Assembly: GCA_028719205.1 (NCBI GenBank)
Contig: JAQUKH010000006.1
Location: 1-64,000 of the forward strand
Reading direction: 5' to 3'
Source: a bacterium
GTDB lineage: Bacteria > JACRDZ01 > JAQUKH01
DNA: 64,000 nucleotides
A program made the translations under genes and the position numbers. How positions within the stretch are numbered: position 1 is the stretch's first letter; every line of letters starts with the position of its first letter. The notes beneath the pieces are model-generated. The model saw nothing but the letters and a program-made list of their open reading frames with translations. It was not told where the DNA came from and searched no databases. Positions 27,693 to 37,240 of this stretch are shown here, in pieces.

Positions 27693-29243
27693 ATGTCTGT
27701 TTCAGCTGAGGCAAAAGTTGGTATTATGATTTTTGTTTCTTTAATTATCCTTGCCAGCATGACTTTTACTGTAAGTAAAATATCTTTGTTTAAAAAGCCG
27801 GGGGATAAAATAAAGATACAATTTGAAGATACTGGCGGGCTTCGTCTTTATGATGATGTCAGGATAGCGGGTGTTATTGTCGGGAAAGTAGTTGATATTT
27901 ATCTGGAAGGGGCAAACGCGATAGTTGTTATCCAGCTAAAACCGGAATTTCATATTCGGAAAGGCGCGAAGGTAATTATTAATTCGGCAGGCCTTCTGGG
28001 AGAGGCGTATATCGGTGTTACGCAGGGGCCCGAGAAAGAACCTTTTCTTACTGAATCAAGCCCGCCGATACTCTCAGAGCCGACTGTACGTGTGGACCAG
28101 GTAATGGCAAGTATGAACCGTTTTATGGACAGGGCGGAAAACGCGATGAATTTTGATGTTCGCCAGGTAATCAAAAATACTGAAGACCTTATCGCAACCA
28201 TGAATCTGCTTGTTAATGAAAATCGCGCGAATATAAAGGAAATTTCCGGTAATATGGGCGCTATTTCTAAAGGGCTTACTGAGACCCAAAAGGAATTTCA
28301 GACAAAATTAGTCTCGATTTTAAGTAATGTCGACCAGTATTCCCAGACACTTTTTCAGAGAACCATCGCGATTTCCGATGAAATGCTTAATATTACAAAA
28401 GATCTGGATAGGGGAGTTAACAAGACCAGCAATGATGTTTCCGCTCTTATCAATAATTTTAACGAAACAAGCACGGAATTTAATAAGATCGTCAAAACAT
28501 TAGCTGAGACTATGAAGAAGATCGATAATATTGCCGCACGAGTGGAAAAGGGAGAAGGTGTTATTGGTAAATTAACTACAAGTAATGAATTGTATGATAA
28601 TTTAAATGGCGTGCTTATTGAGATCAAAGGGATAAGTACCTCGTTGAATCAGGTAGCAGGCCGTATAGAAAGAGGCGAGGGGACAATAGGCAAGCTGACA
28701 AAAGAAGATACGCTTTACAAAAATCTGGACGAAACTATCGCGAGCGTGAGAGACTTGACCGGCAGGGTTAATGAATATAGAACTTATTGGGGTTACAGGA
28801 TGGATTATCGTTTTATAAAACAGGAGGATCAGAAAGACTTCAGCAATACTTTTTCTTTCAGGTTTGATCCGAGACCCGGGAAATATTATTTGCTGGAGTT
28901 AACGGATATCGGCGGCAAAGAAAAGGTTTCCCTTTTGATCGGAGCCGCGGTTAAAGATTGGCTTACTTTGAAAGCCGGAGTGATCCAATCGACCGGCGGT
29001 GTAGGTTTAAATTACTATCCATTTGGCAAAGATTTCAATCTAGGGGTTTCCGCGTTTGATTTTGGAAGGTTGTCTAAACCTCAGGTTAAAGTGGAAGGTT
29101 CTTATCAGTTAACTAAAAATGTCTATTTTAATGTAGGCGCGGAAGACCTTTTATTAGACAAGTCATATTACGCGGGATTAAATGTTTTTATAGAGGATAG
29201 AGATATTAAATATCTTTTAGGGCTTGTGCCGTATGTGAAATAA
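27693..29243 (+). CDS. mlaD: MlaD/MCE protein with long helical region and C-terminal beta-barrel-like domain
   Basis: N-terminal TM, MCE domain (GL...DDVRIAGVIVGKV, GLLGEAYI), about 230-aa helical region with two GEG.IGKL repeats, then amphipathic beta strands. Confidence 0.88.
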   Translation: MSVSAEAKVGIMIFVSLIILASMTFTVSKISLFKKPGDKIKIQFEDTGGLRLYDDVRIAGVIVGKVVDIYLEGANAIVVIQLKPEFHIRKGAKVIINSAGLLGEAYIGVTQGPEKEPFLTESSPPILSEPTVRVDQVMASMNRFMDRAENAMNFDVRQVIKNTEDLIATMNLLVNENRANIKEISGNMGAISKGLTETQKEFQTKLVSILSNVDQYSQTLFQRTIAISDEMLNITKDLDRGVNKTSNDVSALINNFNETSTEFNKIVKTLAETMKKIDNIAARVEKGEGVIGKLTTSNELYDNLNGVLIEIKGISTSLNQVAGRIERGEGTIGKLTKEDTLYKNLDETIASVRDLTGRVNEYRTYWGYRMDYRFIKQEDQKDFSNTFSFRFDPRPGKYYLLELTDIGGKEKVSLLIGAAVKDWLTLKAGVIQSTGGVGLNYYPFGKDFNLGVSAFDFGRLSKPQVKVEGSYQLTKNVYFNVGAEDLLLDKSYYAGLNVFIEDRDIKYLLGLVPYVK

Positions 29244-29275
29244 GTCACAAGTAAAAGTAACAAGCAAGGAAAATA

Positions 29276-29746
29276 ATGTTATCTAAAAAAATAATATGTA
29301 TATTAATATTTACCATTTTATTTGCCGGCTGCAATTTATTCGGAAGCAGTGTTGATGTGGAGCTTGTTGAAATAAAAATGGGAAAAACATTCAATGACAG
29401 TACAGGGGTAATTGGTGATTTAACTGATACTTTTTACCCCACTGATGAAGAGATAGTTTTGTGGCTTTCATGGAATCGCGTCCAGGGAGAAAATAACGGT
29501 GTTATTGAATGGCATTCGCCTGACGGTAAGCTTTACCAGGAGGATGACTTTAAATTTACCGCGGCTAAAGAGACTTGGGCAACATGGCACAGGCTGCCCA
29601 TCGCGAGAACGGATGCCGCAAGAACACTTGGAGACTGGATAGTATATGTATCGTTAAAAGGTAAATATATGGGAAAAAAGAAATTTACGATTACGAGTAC
29701 CGGAAGTGGGCCGGCAACAATTTCAAGAAAAGGCAACTTCAAATAA
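29276..29746 (+). CDS. Hypothetical lipoprotein (Ig-like fold)
   Basis: Lipobox FAGC; W.SPDGKLY. Confidence 0.7.
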   Translation: MLSKKIICILIFTILFAGCNLFGSSVDVELVEIKMGKTFNDSTGVIGDLTDTFYPTDEEIVLWLSWNRVQGENNGVIEWHSPDGKLYQEDDFKFTAAKETWATWHRLPIARTDAARTLGDWIVYVSLKGKYMGKKKFTITSTGSGPATISRKGNFK

Positions 29747-29750
29747 TAAT

Positions 29751-30602
29751 ATGTCAGGAACACTTTATCTCGTCAGTACCCCTATTGGAAATCTGGAAGA
29801 TATTACTTTACGAGCGCTCCGAATATTGAAAGAAGTGGATCTGGTCGCCGCTGAGGATACCCGCCATACGATAAAACTTTTAAATCATTATGAAATCTCT
29901 ACGAATTTAACCTCATATTTTGAGCATAATAAAACTGTAAAAGGAAAATATTTAAAGGATTTGCTTCTTGAAGGTAAGAACATCGCGCTGGTCACGGACG
30001 CCGGCACCCCGGGTATTTCAGATCCAGGGGAAATGATAGTAAAAGATTGTATTTCAGCCGGGATAAAGGTAGTTCCGGTTCCCGGGCCGACCGCGCTTAT
30101 CGCGTCTTTAAGTATTTCAGGCCTTTCTACGGATAGTTTTTTGTTCCGGGGATTTCTTCCTAAAAAAACAAAAGGAATAAAAGAGGTTTTGGAAGGCTTA
30201 AAAGAAGAGAGCGCAACACTTATTTTTTACGAATCCCCTCACCGCGTAAAAGAAACGCTTAAAATAATGGCGGAAATATTCGGCAAACGGCAGGCGGTAA
30301 TAGTCCGTGAACTGACCAAATTTTATGAAGAGATAAAAAGAGGGAGTCTGGATGAATTGGCAGAAATTCCTTTTGTTCAGAAGGGAGAATTTTGTATAAT
30401 GGTCGCGGGACGCGATAAAAGTCTGGACCAGAAAAAAGTTCTTACTGATGATGAATTAAAAATAGCAGTGCTGGATTTGCAAAAGGAAAAAGGCTTATCT
30501 TTGAAGGAAGCTGTCCGGGAGATCGCCCATATGAATGGTCTTTCAACGCGGGATGTTTATCAGTTGATGATAAAATCCTCTTTCCACCCCCCAATTTTAT
30601 GA
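29751..30602 (+). CDS. rsmI: 16S rRNA C1402 2'-O-methyltransferase
   Basis: LYLVSTPIGNLEDITLRA, AEDTR, DAGTPGISDPG, YESPHR, RELTK. Confidence 0.95.
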   Translation: MSGTLYLVSTPIGNLEDITLRALRILKEVDLVAAEDTRHTIKLLNHYEISTNLTSYFEHNKTVKGKYLKDLLLEGKNIALVTDAGTPGISDPGEMIVKDCISAGIKVVPVPGPTALIASLSISGLSTDSFLFRGFLPKKTKGIKEVLEGLKEESATLIFYESPHRVKETLKIMAEIFGKRQAVIVRELTKFYEEIKRGSLDELAEIPFVQKGEFCIMVAGRDKSLDQKKVLTDDELKIAVLDLQKEKGLSLKEAVREIAHMNGLSTRDVYQLMIKSSFHPPIL

Positions 30603-31411
30603 AAAAATGTTCGGTCATTACAGCAGTTTATAATTCAAATAAAACTTTACCCAGGTTTTTACTGGCCTTAGGAGGCCAGACCGAACGCGATTTTGAATTG
30701 ATAATATGCGATGACGGTTCCAGTGAAGATTGTCTGCCTTTAATTAATGAATATCAGAAGTATTTTCAGAATAAAATAAAATACGTCAGGCATGAAAGGA
30801 ACGGGATAAGAAAAACTATGACGCTTAACAGGGGTGTTTTAGCGTCGGAAACGGGTTATTTATTGTTTATTGACCCTGATTGCCTCGCGGATGAAGATTG
30901 GGTAAAGATCCATCTGGAAGAGCGCGAAAAAGGCTGTTACTTGATCGGGCGCAGGGTGGGTTACAGGGAACAAATGGCGCCATATATAACTGCTGAATTT
31001 ATAACAAGCAATAAATATTCAAAGGTGAATCTCTTTAATATTTATCACGCGATGGCGGGCCATATCAAGTATATTGAACAATTCCTTAAAATAAAAAATA
31101 CGCTTTTACGGAAAATCCTTCATCATAAGAAAAGCACCTACCTTATGGGTTGCAATTTTTCCTGCTGGAAAGAGGATATGTTTAAAGTGAACGGATGGGA
31201 TAATGATTTTCACGGCTTGGGCAGGGAAGATGTTGAACTGGACGGCAGGTTGAAAAAAAGCGGCCTGAAACCAAAATCCGTAAAATTCCTGACCAGGGTT
31301 TTTCATATCTATCACGCCCAGCGGAAAAACGACGAGTGGGAGGACTATTATAATAAGGCTGCCGGTAATTCGGGTTTCGAGGCGAAAAACGGATTGAGGG
31401 AGATCCTCTAA
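30599..31411 (+). CDS. Glycosyltransferase family 2
   Basis: SVITAVYN, CDDGS, FIDPD, GCNFS, VNGWDNDF.G.G.ED. Confidence 0.88.
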   Translation: MKKCSVITAVYNSNKTLPRFLLALGGQTERDFELIICDDGSSEDCLPLINEYQKYFQNKIKYVRHERNGIRKTMTLNRGVLASETGYLLFIDPDCLADEDWVKIHLEEREKGCYLIGRRVGYREQMAPYITAEFITSNKYSKVNLFNIYHAMAGHIKYIEQFLKIKNTLLRKILHHKKSTYLMGCNFSCWKEDMFKVNGWDNDFHGLGREDVELDGRLKKSGLKPKSVKFLTRVFHIYHAQRKNDEWEDYYNKAAGNSGFEAKNGLREIL

Positions 31412-31482
31412 ATATTGCTTGACTCATATTATAAAAAAGAAGAGAATAATACAAATATTTATATAAATAATAAAGGAGACGT

Positions 31483-32298
31483 ATGGAGTTAGGTGTTTCA
31501 AGTATGATTTTTGAATATAATGACCTGATCGACTATCTTCCGATCATGGAAAAAGAGGGGATTTTTAATGTGGAGGTCAGGGGGTATCCGCCGCGGGTGG
31601 ATTACCATAATAAAGATTATATAAAAAGATTAAAAGACGCGCTTGTGGAAAATAATGTTAAGGTTCACTCTTATCATTTGCCGTTCAGTCCCGAAAATGG
31701 ATTTGACATCAGTTTATCCGACAAAGCAAAGGCAGACCACGCGATTGAGGAGTTTAAATTGTCTTTGGATGCAATGTTATATTTAGGCGCGAAAATAGCG
31801 GTTCTTCATCCGGGAGATACGGTGGCCTCATCAGAAGAAAGAGAAGAACGTTACAAACACAGCAGGGAAAATATAGGAAGGATACTGGAATATTGCGAGA
31901 AGAATAAAATAAAGCTCGCGGTAGAAAATATGCCTTCCGGGAAAATGGGTGAGAGGGTTAGTGATATTTATGGTCTCATATCCGGTTTTAATTCGGAATA
32001 TATCGGGATTTGTTTTGATACGAGCCACGCGAATATGACATCCGGGAACGCGCCCGCTGAAATTAAAAAATGCAAAGATAAACTATTTACGATACATGTT
32101 TCCGATAATAACGGTAAAAAGGATCAGCATTATCTTCCTTATAGCGGGAATATTGATTGGCCTTCTTTTTGGAGGGAACTGAACAATTTAAATTACAATA
32201 GCGTTTTTATGATGGAAGTTACAAGGCATTTAGAAAATTCCCGTTTTATGCTTCAAGAGGCTAAAAGGCGGTTCGAAAAGATCATTTCCGGTAAATAA
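31483..32298 (+). CDS. Sugar phosphate isomerase/epimerase (xylose isomerase-like TIM barrel)
   Basis: AVENM, CFDTSH, HVSDN, DQH.LP.SG.IDW metal ligands. Confidence 0.85.
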   Translation: MELGVSSMIFEYNDLIDYLPIMEKEGIFNVEVRGYPPRVDYHNKDYIKRLKDALVENNVKVHSYHLPFSPENGFDISLSDKAKADHAIEEFKLSLDAMLYLGAKIAVLHPGDTVASSEEREERYKHSRENIGRILEYCEKNKIKLAVENMPSGKMGERVSDIYGLISGFNSEYIGICFDTSHANMTSGNAPAEIKKCKDKLFTIHVSDNNGKKDQHYLPYSGNIDWPSFWRELNNLNYNSVFMMEVTRHLENSRFMLQEAKRRFEKIISGK

Positions 32299-32332
32299 AA
32301 AAGGGAGCGAATGATCATGCGCTCCCTTTTTT
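32298..32332. terminator. Bidirectional intrinsic terminator
   Basis: AAAAAGGGAGCG...CGCTCCCTTTTTT between convergent genes. Confidence 0.8.
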
Positions 32333-32345
32333 ATTAAACGATTAT

Positions 32346-32693
32346 TTACTTTTTTGAACCGTAGTCAAACATTATCTCAGCAATATTATGAATTTTATCT
32401 ATGTCTGCGTCCGATTTGTCTTTTAAGAGGTAAACCAGTTTTATCATCTTCTGTTTTTTCTTTTCATCTTTTATTTTATCATCGGGTATATCTAAAAGAG
32501 TTTTTAATGATGCCCCTAAAATTGTTTCAATATTTTCCAGGATCGCAAGCGACGGGCTCCGAAGGCCTCTTTCCAGAAGAGATATGTATTCTGTGGTTAA
32601 ATTCAGGCGTTTCGCGAAATCAGTTTGTGTTAATTTTTGTTTTTCTCTCAGTGACGATATTTTTTCACCGAGTTTTTTAGTTTTTTTATTCAT
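32346..32693 (-). CDS. XRE-family HTH transcriptional regulator
   Basis: LRE...LTQ..FA......YIS.LERG.RSPSL; SD GGGAGAGGGG. Confidence 0.88.
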   Translation of the reverse strand: MNKKTKKLGEKISSLREKQKLTQTDFAKRLNLTTEYISLLERGLRSPSLAILENIETILGASLKTLLDIPDDKIKDEKKKQKMIKLVYLLKDKSDADIDKIHNIAEIMFDYGSKK

Positions 32694-32877
32694 GATTATT
32701 CCCTCTCCCTCTTTCTGTAGTTTTAAGTTCCGGCCGCTTTATATTTTAAATATTTTCAGCAAATGTTTCAACAAAAAAATTGTTTAAAAAATCACTTGAC
32801 AGAAAATATCTTATATAATATTATATCATTCTTTTTAATTTGCAAGTAAAATATTTTAGGATAGGGGCTATAGAAAT

Positions 32878-33258
32878 ATGATAACTGCGGAAATAATAAT
32901 AAATAAGCCTTTGGATATGGTTTGGAGCTTTTACACAAATCCAAAGAATTGGGGAAAATGGTGGCTGCAGGGGATTAAAAAAGTAATTCCGGGATGGGAA
33001 GAGGACGCCGTTGTTCAATGGGCCGATAATAGTGAATGCAGTGTATGGAGCATAACCCCTAAGAAGATAGTGCAGCTAAACAGCCAATGGATGCGGACAA
33101 CTTTTAAATTCAGCACGGTTAGTGAAAAAACCACGTTACAGGTAAAATTGGACGCGAGGTGGGGGGAAGGTTTTGAAGACAGGGGTGCTGTTGAAAGGGC
33201 CGAGCTTGTAAGCGCGTTGTCAAAACTTAAGAAATGTATAGAAGAAATTGAACCGTGA
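32878..33258 (+). CDS. SRPBCC/START-like protein
   Basis: I.INKP...VW.F.T.P.NW.KW and C-terminal L.KLK..IE helix. Confidence 0.65.
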   Translation: MITAEIIINKPLDMVWSFYTNPKNWGKWWLQGIKKVIPGWEEDAVVQWADNSECSVWSITPKKIVQLNSQWMRTTFKFSTVSEKTTLQVKLDARWGEGFEDRGAVERAELVSALSKLKKCIEEIEP

Positions 33259-33265
33259 ATCGTCA

Positions 33266-34666
33266 TTAGTTACTATTCACTATTTTTAAACTTCTTTCCT
33301 CTAAAACAAAACATTGATCCGCCTGGCTTATATCCGGTTTTCTGCTTGTTAAAATAATAACAGAAGTTTCTGTTTTCTTTTGGTATTCAATAATTGACGA
33401 TAGAAATATATATTTTTCTTTTACGTCTAATCCTGTTAAAATATCATCTATAATAAGGATCTCGGGAAAAAGGACAAGCGCTGACGCGGCGGCGATCTTT
33501 CTTTTATTTGCCAAAGAGAAGTACAGCATATCCTGTTTTTTGATAAAATTATAATTTAAAGAAAACAGGTCAAAGATCCATTCAATTCTTTTTTCCCTTT
33601 CTTTTTCAGGAATATTAAAATTTATCAGGCCGAAATTTATTTCCTGTTCGATATTTTCTGTTAAAAATTGATTTTCCGGTTCCTGAAAGATCAAACCTAT
33701 TTTTTGATTCAATAATTCTTTATTCATTTTTTTGGAGGAAAAAGACGGGAAATTGATATCTCCCGAAACGGGTTTTATAAGGCCGGCAATAAGTTTAGCC
33801 AGGGTGCTTTTTCCTGAGCCGCAATTACCCTGTATAAAAACAAGTTCCCCTTTGGAGGCTTTTAAATTTACTTTTTCTAAAATACACCTGCTGTCGGTAA
33901 AAAAAGTCTTTTTCGTAGAATATGTCATGTCTTTAATTTCAAGAAGGATAGAGGAGCCGGAACTCTTAACCAGGTACTTCGGCCGTTCCGGCGGGACCTC
34001 CTCAGAATAGGGTTTTGAGGATAGAACTCCCCGGGAACTCAAATAAAATAACTCGTCACAGGCAGGAATAAATGTTCCATTGCTGAAATATATGACGCTC
34101 ATTTCATAAGATCCACGGATCTTTTTTACTATATCCCAGAAATTATTTTCATCTTTTTCATCAAATAGAGAAGTTGGTTCATCAAAAATAATATATTTTG
34201 GTTTTAATGTAAGGAATGACGCGAGAACGGCCAGCTGTTTTTTCCCGCGGGGCAAAGAATAAACAGGAATATAACGGAATTTATCCAGCCCGGTTATCTG
34301 CAGGGATTGGTTGATCCTTTCTGATATTTCTTCTTTTGGTATGCCGAAATTTTCAGGGCCAAAAGCAGCCAGTTCTTCTAATGATGTAGTGAATAGGTTA
34401 TTGTAATCGGAATTTTTGCCGACATAAGCCGGTTTTTGCCGTAAATGCCGGTTATTTTCCGGGCTATTTATATCAATTCCATCGATTAATATTTGCCCCC
34501 CGCCGGGAGCGATTATTCCCGAGAGTATTTTCGCGAATGTCGTTTTCCCTGAACCACTTGGGCCTATTATTGTAATAAATTTATTTTCCGGGATATTCAG
34601 GCTTATTTTATCCAGAATATTGCCGTTTTGACCAAAATTGAAAGATACCTGATTTAGTGTTATCAT
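33266..34666 (-). CDS. Double-domain ECF-type ABC ATPase with degenerate motifs
   Basis: Two NBDs (GPSGSGKT; GNCGSGKS), FGPEN.G and FQEPENQF (EcfA-like). Confidence 0.75.
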   Translation of the reverse strand: MITLNQVSFNFGQNGNILDKISLNIPENKFITIIGPSGSGKTTFAKILSGIIAPGGGQILIDGIDINSPENNRHLRQKPAYVGKNSDYNNLFTTSLEELAAFGPENFGIPKEEISERINQSLQITGLDKFRYIPVYSLPRGKKQLAVLASFLTLKPKYIIFDEPTSLFDEKDENNFWDIVKKIRGSYEMSVIYFSNGTFIPACDELFYLSSRGVLSSKPYSEEVPPERPKYLVKSSGSSILLEIKDMTYSTKKTFFTDSRCILEKVNLKASKGELVFIQGNCGSGKSTLAKLIAGLIKPVSGDINFPSFSSKKMNKELLNQKIGLIFQEPENQFLTENIEQEINFGLINFNIPEKEREKRIEWIFDLFSLNYNFIKKQDMLYFSLANKRKIAAASALVLFPEILIIDDILTGLDVKEKYIFLSSIIEYQKKTETSVIILTSRKPDISQADQCFVLEERSLKIVNSN

Positions 34667-34766
34667 TCTGCCCTGGATTATAACAAATATTAGATTTAAA
34701 ATTTTATATAAATGTGATATAATATCTACTTTGAAATTTATACAGAAAATAGAGGTGTAAAAAGTT

Positions 34767-35627
34767 ATGAAAACAGAGACCAGCCTGACGGAAAAACAAT
34801 TAAAAAAGATAGCCTGCGGTATTCGTAAAAATATAATAAAAATGTTGACTGAGTCAAAAAGCGGCCACTCGGGCGGGTCTCTTTCCGCGGTTGATATTTT
34901 AACGTCGTTATATTTTTATAAAATGAACTATAAGCCGGCTGAACCGAATTGGCCTGAACGGGATAGATTTGTTTTAAGCAAAGGGCACGCGGCGCCCGCG
35001 TTATACGCGGTATTAGCTGAGGCAGGATATTTCCCGACAGAAGAGTTAAAAACCTTGCGTAAATTTGGTACGCGCCTGCAGGGACATCCTGACAGAAGAA
35101 AACTTCCGGGTATAGAGGCGTCAACAGGTTCTTTGGGCCAGGGGATATCTATCGCGTGCGGTATTGCTTTATGCGGTAAACATATTGATAAAAAGAATTA
35201 TCGTGTTTACGCTCTACTTGGAGACGGTGAAAATCAGGAGGGTGAAGTATGGGAGGCGGCAATGTCAGCGGCTCATTATAAGCTCGATAATCTTTGCGCT
35301 GTATTGGATTATAATGGCCTGCAGATAGACGGATTTGTCAAGGATGTAATGAATATTGACCCCATAACTGATAAATGGCGGGCGTTTGGATGGAATGTAA
35401 TAGAGGCGGACGGGCATAATATTAAAGAACTTATTAAAGCGCTTGATGATGCTGAGCAAATAAAAGGCAAACCCAGCATTATCATCGCGAAAACTATAAA
35501 AGGAAAAGGTATATCCTTTATGGAAGGGAAGGTAAAATATCACGGTTTGGCGCCTACCTATGAGGAGTGCGAGAAGGGTTTGTGCGAGCTTGAGGAGTAT
35601 GAGAAAAAAATAAGTGAGGAGGCATAA
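34767..35627 (+). CDS. Transketolase N-terminal subunit
   Basis: SGHSGGSLS, DRFVLSKGHA, LQGHP, STGSLGQG, GDGENQEG. Confidence 0.93.
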   Translation: MKTETSLTEKQLKKIACGIRKNIIKMLTESKSGHSGGSLSAVDILTSLYFYKMNYKPAEPNWPERDRFVLSKGHAAPALYAVLAEAGYFPTEELKTLRKFGTRLQGHPDRRKLPGIEASTGSLGQGISIACGIALCGKHIDKKNYRVYALLGDGENQEGEVWEAAMSAAHYKLDNLCAVLDYNGLQIDGFVKDVMNIDPITDKWRAFGWNVIEADGHNIKELIKALDDAEQIKGKPSIIIAKTIKGKGISFMEGKVKYHGLAPTYEECEKGLCELEEYEKKISEEA

Positions 35628-36568
35628 TGGAAGCAATAGCGACACGAGAGGCTTGTGGTTTGACTTTGGCTAAACTTGGCCGTGTGAATAAAAATATAAT
35701 TGTTCTGGACGCGGATCTTTCTGAATCGACAAAATCAATAATTTTTGCCAGGGAATTCCCTGAGAGATTTTTTAACTACGGTGTGGCGGAACAGAATATG
35801 ACGGCATCAGCTGTAGGGATCGCGTCATGCGGGAAAGTGGTATTCATAAATACATTCGCGATATTCGCGACCGGCCGTACATGGGATCAGATACGTAACG
35901 GAGTAACTGCCGGCGGTTTTAATGTTAAAATCGTGGGGAGCCATGGAGGCCTTTCCGTGGGCCCTGATGGTTTGTCTCATCAATGTATTGAGGATGTTTC
36001 GCTTATGAGGGCAATTCCTGAAATGGTTGTTATTGTCCCTTCTGACCGTATAGAAACTGAAAAAGTTATTGAGAAAGCGGCTGAATACTATGGTCCGGTT
36101 TACATAAGAACCTCCCGCGCGAAATCACCAAATGTAAATAATGAGGATTATAAATTTGAAATAGGCAAAGGAAATATTTTACAGGATGGAAGCGATGTTA
36201 CGATTATCGCGTGTGGGGTTATGGTTGAGCCGGCGCTGAACGCGGCAAAAGCGCTTATTGAAAAAAAGATCCATGCAAGGGTAATAAATATGGCATGTAT
36301 CAAGCCAATCGATAAAGATATGATAATCAGAGCGGCTAAGGAAACAGGGGCAATAGTTACAGTGGAAGATCATACGGTTATCGGAGGATTAGGAAGCGCT
36401 GTTGCTGAGGTTTTAGGCGAGGAATACCCGGTTCCTTTGAAAAGGATAGGGGTTTTGGACCGGTTTGGAGAATCCGGCGAGCCGAATGAACTTTTTAAGA
36501 AAAATGGAATGACCGCCGAAAATATAGCTGAGGAGGCTAAAAAAATAATATTAAGGAAAAATAGATAA
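35627..36568 (+). CDS. Transketolase C-terminal subunit
   Basis: DADLSEST, GVAEQNM, GPDGLSHQ, IKPID, VEDH..IGGLG. Confidence 0.93.
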   Translation: MEAIATREACGLTLAKLGRVNKNIIVLDADLSESTKSIIFAREFPERFFNYGVAEQNMTASAVGIASCGKVVFINTFAIFATGRTWDQIRNGVTAGGFNVKIVGSHGGLSVGPDGLSHQCIEDVSLMRAIPEMVVIVPSDRIETEKVIEKAAEYYGPVYIRTSRAKSPNVNNEDYKFEIGKGNILQDGSDVTIIACGVMVEPALNAAKALIEKKIHARVINMACIKPIDKDMIIRAAKETGAIVTVEDHTVIGGLGSAVAEVLGEEYPVPLKRIGVLDRFGESGEPNELFKKNGMTAENIAEEAKKIILRKNR

Positions 36569-36577
36569 AAAGAATAT

Positions 36578-37240
36578 ATGATCCGTCTTTACCATGTTTG
36601 TAAAAAATATGATTCTTCCGGGGTTGTCTTAAATGATATTAGTTTATCGATAAAACAGGGTGAATGGATTGTTTTAAGGGGCCGTGAAAAAGCAGGAAAA
36701 ACTACGCTCTTTAAACTGCTTTATGGGATGGAAGAGCCTTCAAGCGGAGAAATGATCGTTTGCGGACAAAATATTTGCCGGATAAAAAAAGAGAAATTAT
36801 ATTTTTACAGGCGGCAATTGGGTATTATCCCGCAGGATGGATATTTATTAAATGATAGAGATCTTTACTCTAATATTGATCTGGTTCTCCGGTTTTATGG
36901 TTTTTCCTCAAAGGTAAGAAAAGCGCGCGTTTATGAAGTATTGTCTATAGTCGGCCTTGAAAAGAAAATAGATATTATATCAGCCAAACTTAGTGATTTT
37001 GAGAAAAGAAAGCTGATAATCGCGAGGGCAGTAGTGAATAATCCGCGTATTATTTTGGCCGACAGCCCTGATGCCGGGTTGAATTTATCCGAACAGGAAG
37101 AGATTTATCAGATCTTTAAACGGTTGAAAACACCCGATATGGCTATTTTATTTTCCACAAAAGAAGAAAAGTGCTTATTGCAGGGTTTAAGAGAAGTTGA
37201 ATTGGCTGATGGTATGATCCGGGAAACCAAATTTGTATGA
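36578..37240 (+). CDS. ftsE: FtsE-like ABC ATPase with degenerate motifs
   Basis: Size and RRQLGIIPQD..LL.DR resemble FtsE; precedes an FtsX-like gene and ctpA. Confidence 0.7.
   Translation: MIRLYHVCKKYDSSGVVLNDISLSIKQGEWIVLRGREKAGKTTLFKLLYGMEEPSSGEMIVCGQNICRIKKEKLYFYRRQLGIIPQDGYLLNDRDLYSNIDLVLRFYGFSSKVRKARVYEVLSIVGLEKKIDIISAKLSDFEKRKLIIARAVVNNPRIILADSPDAGLNLSEQEEIYQIFKRLKTPDMAILFSTKEEKCLLQGLREVELADGMIRETKFV

Noticed and set aside
32346-33258. Toxin-antitoxin or prophage repressor module
   Set aside because: The XRE gene is divergent from an SRPBCC-like gene, with no toxin or phage genes nearby.
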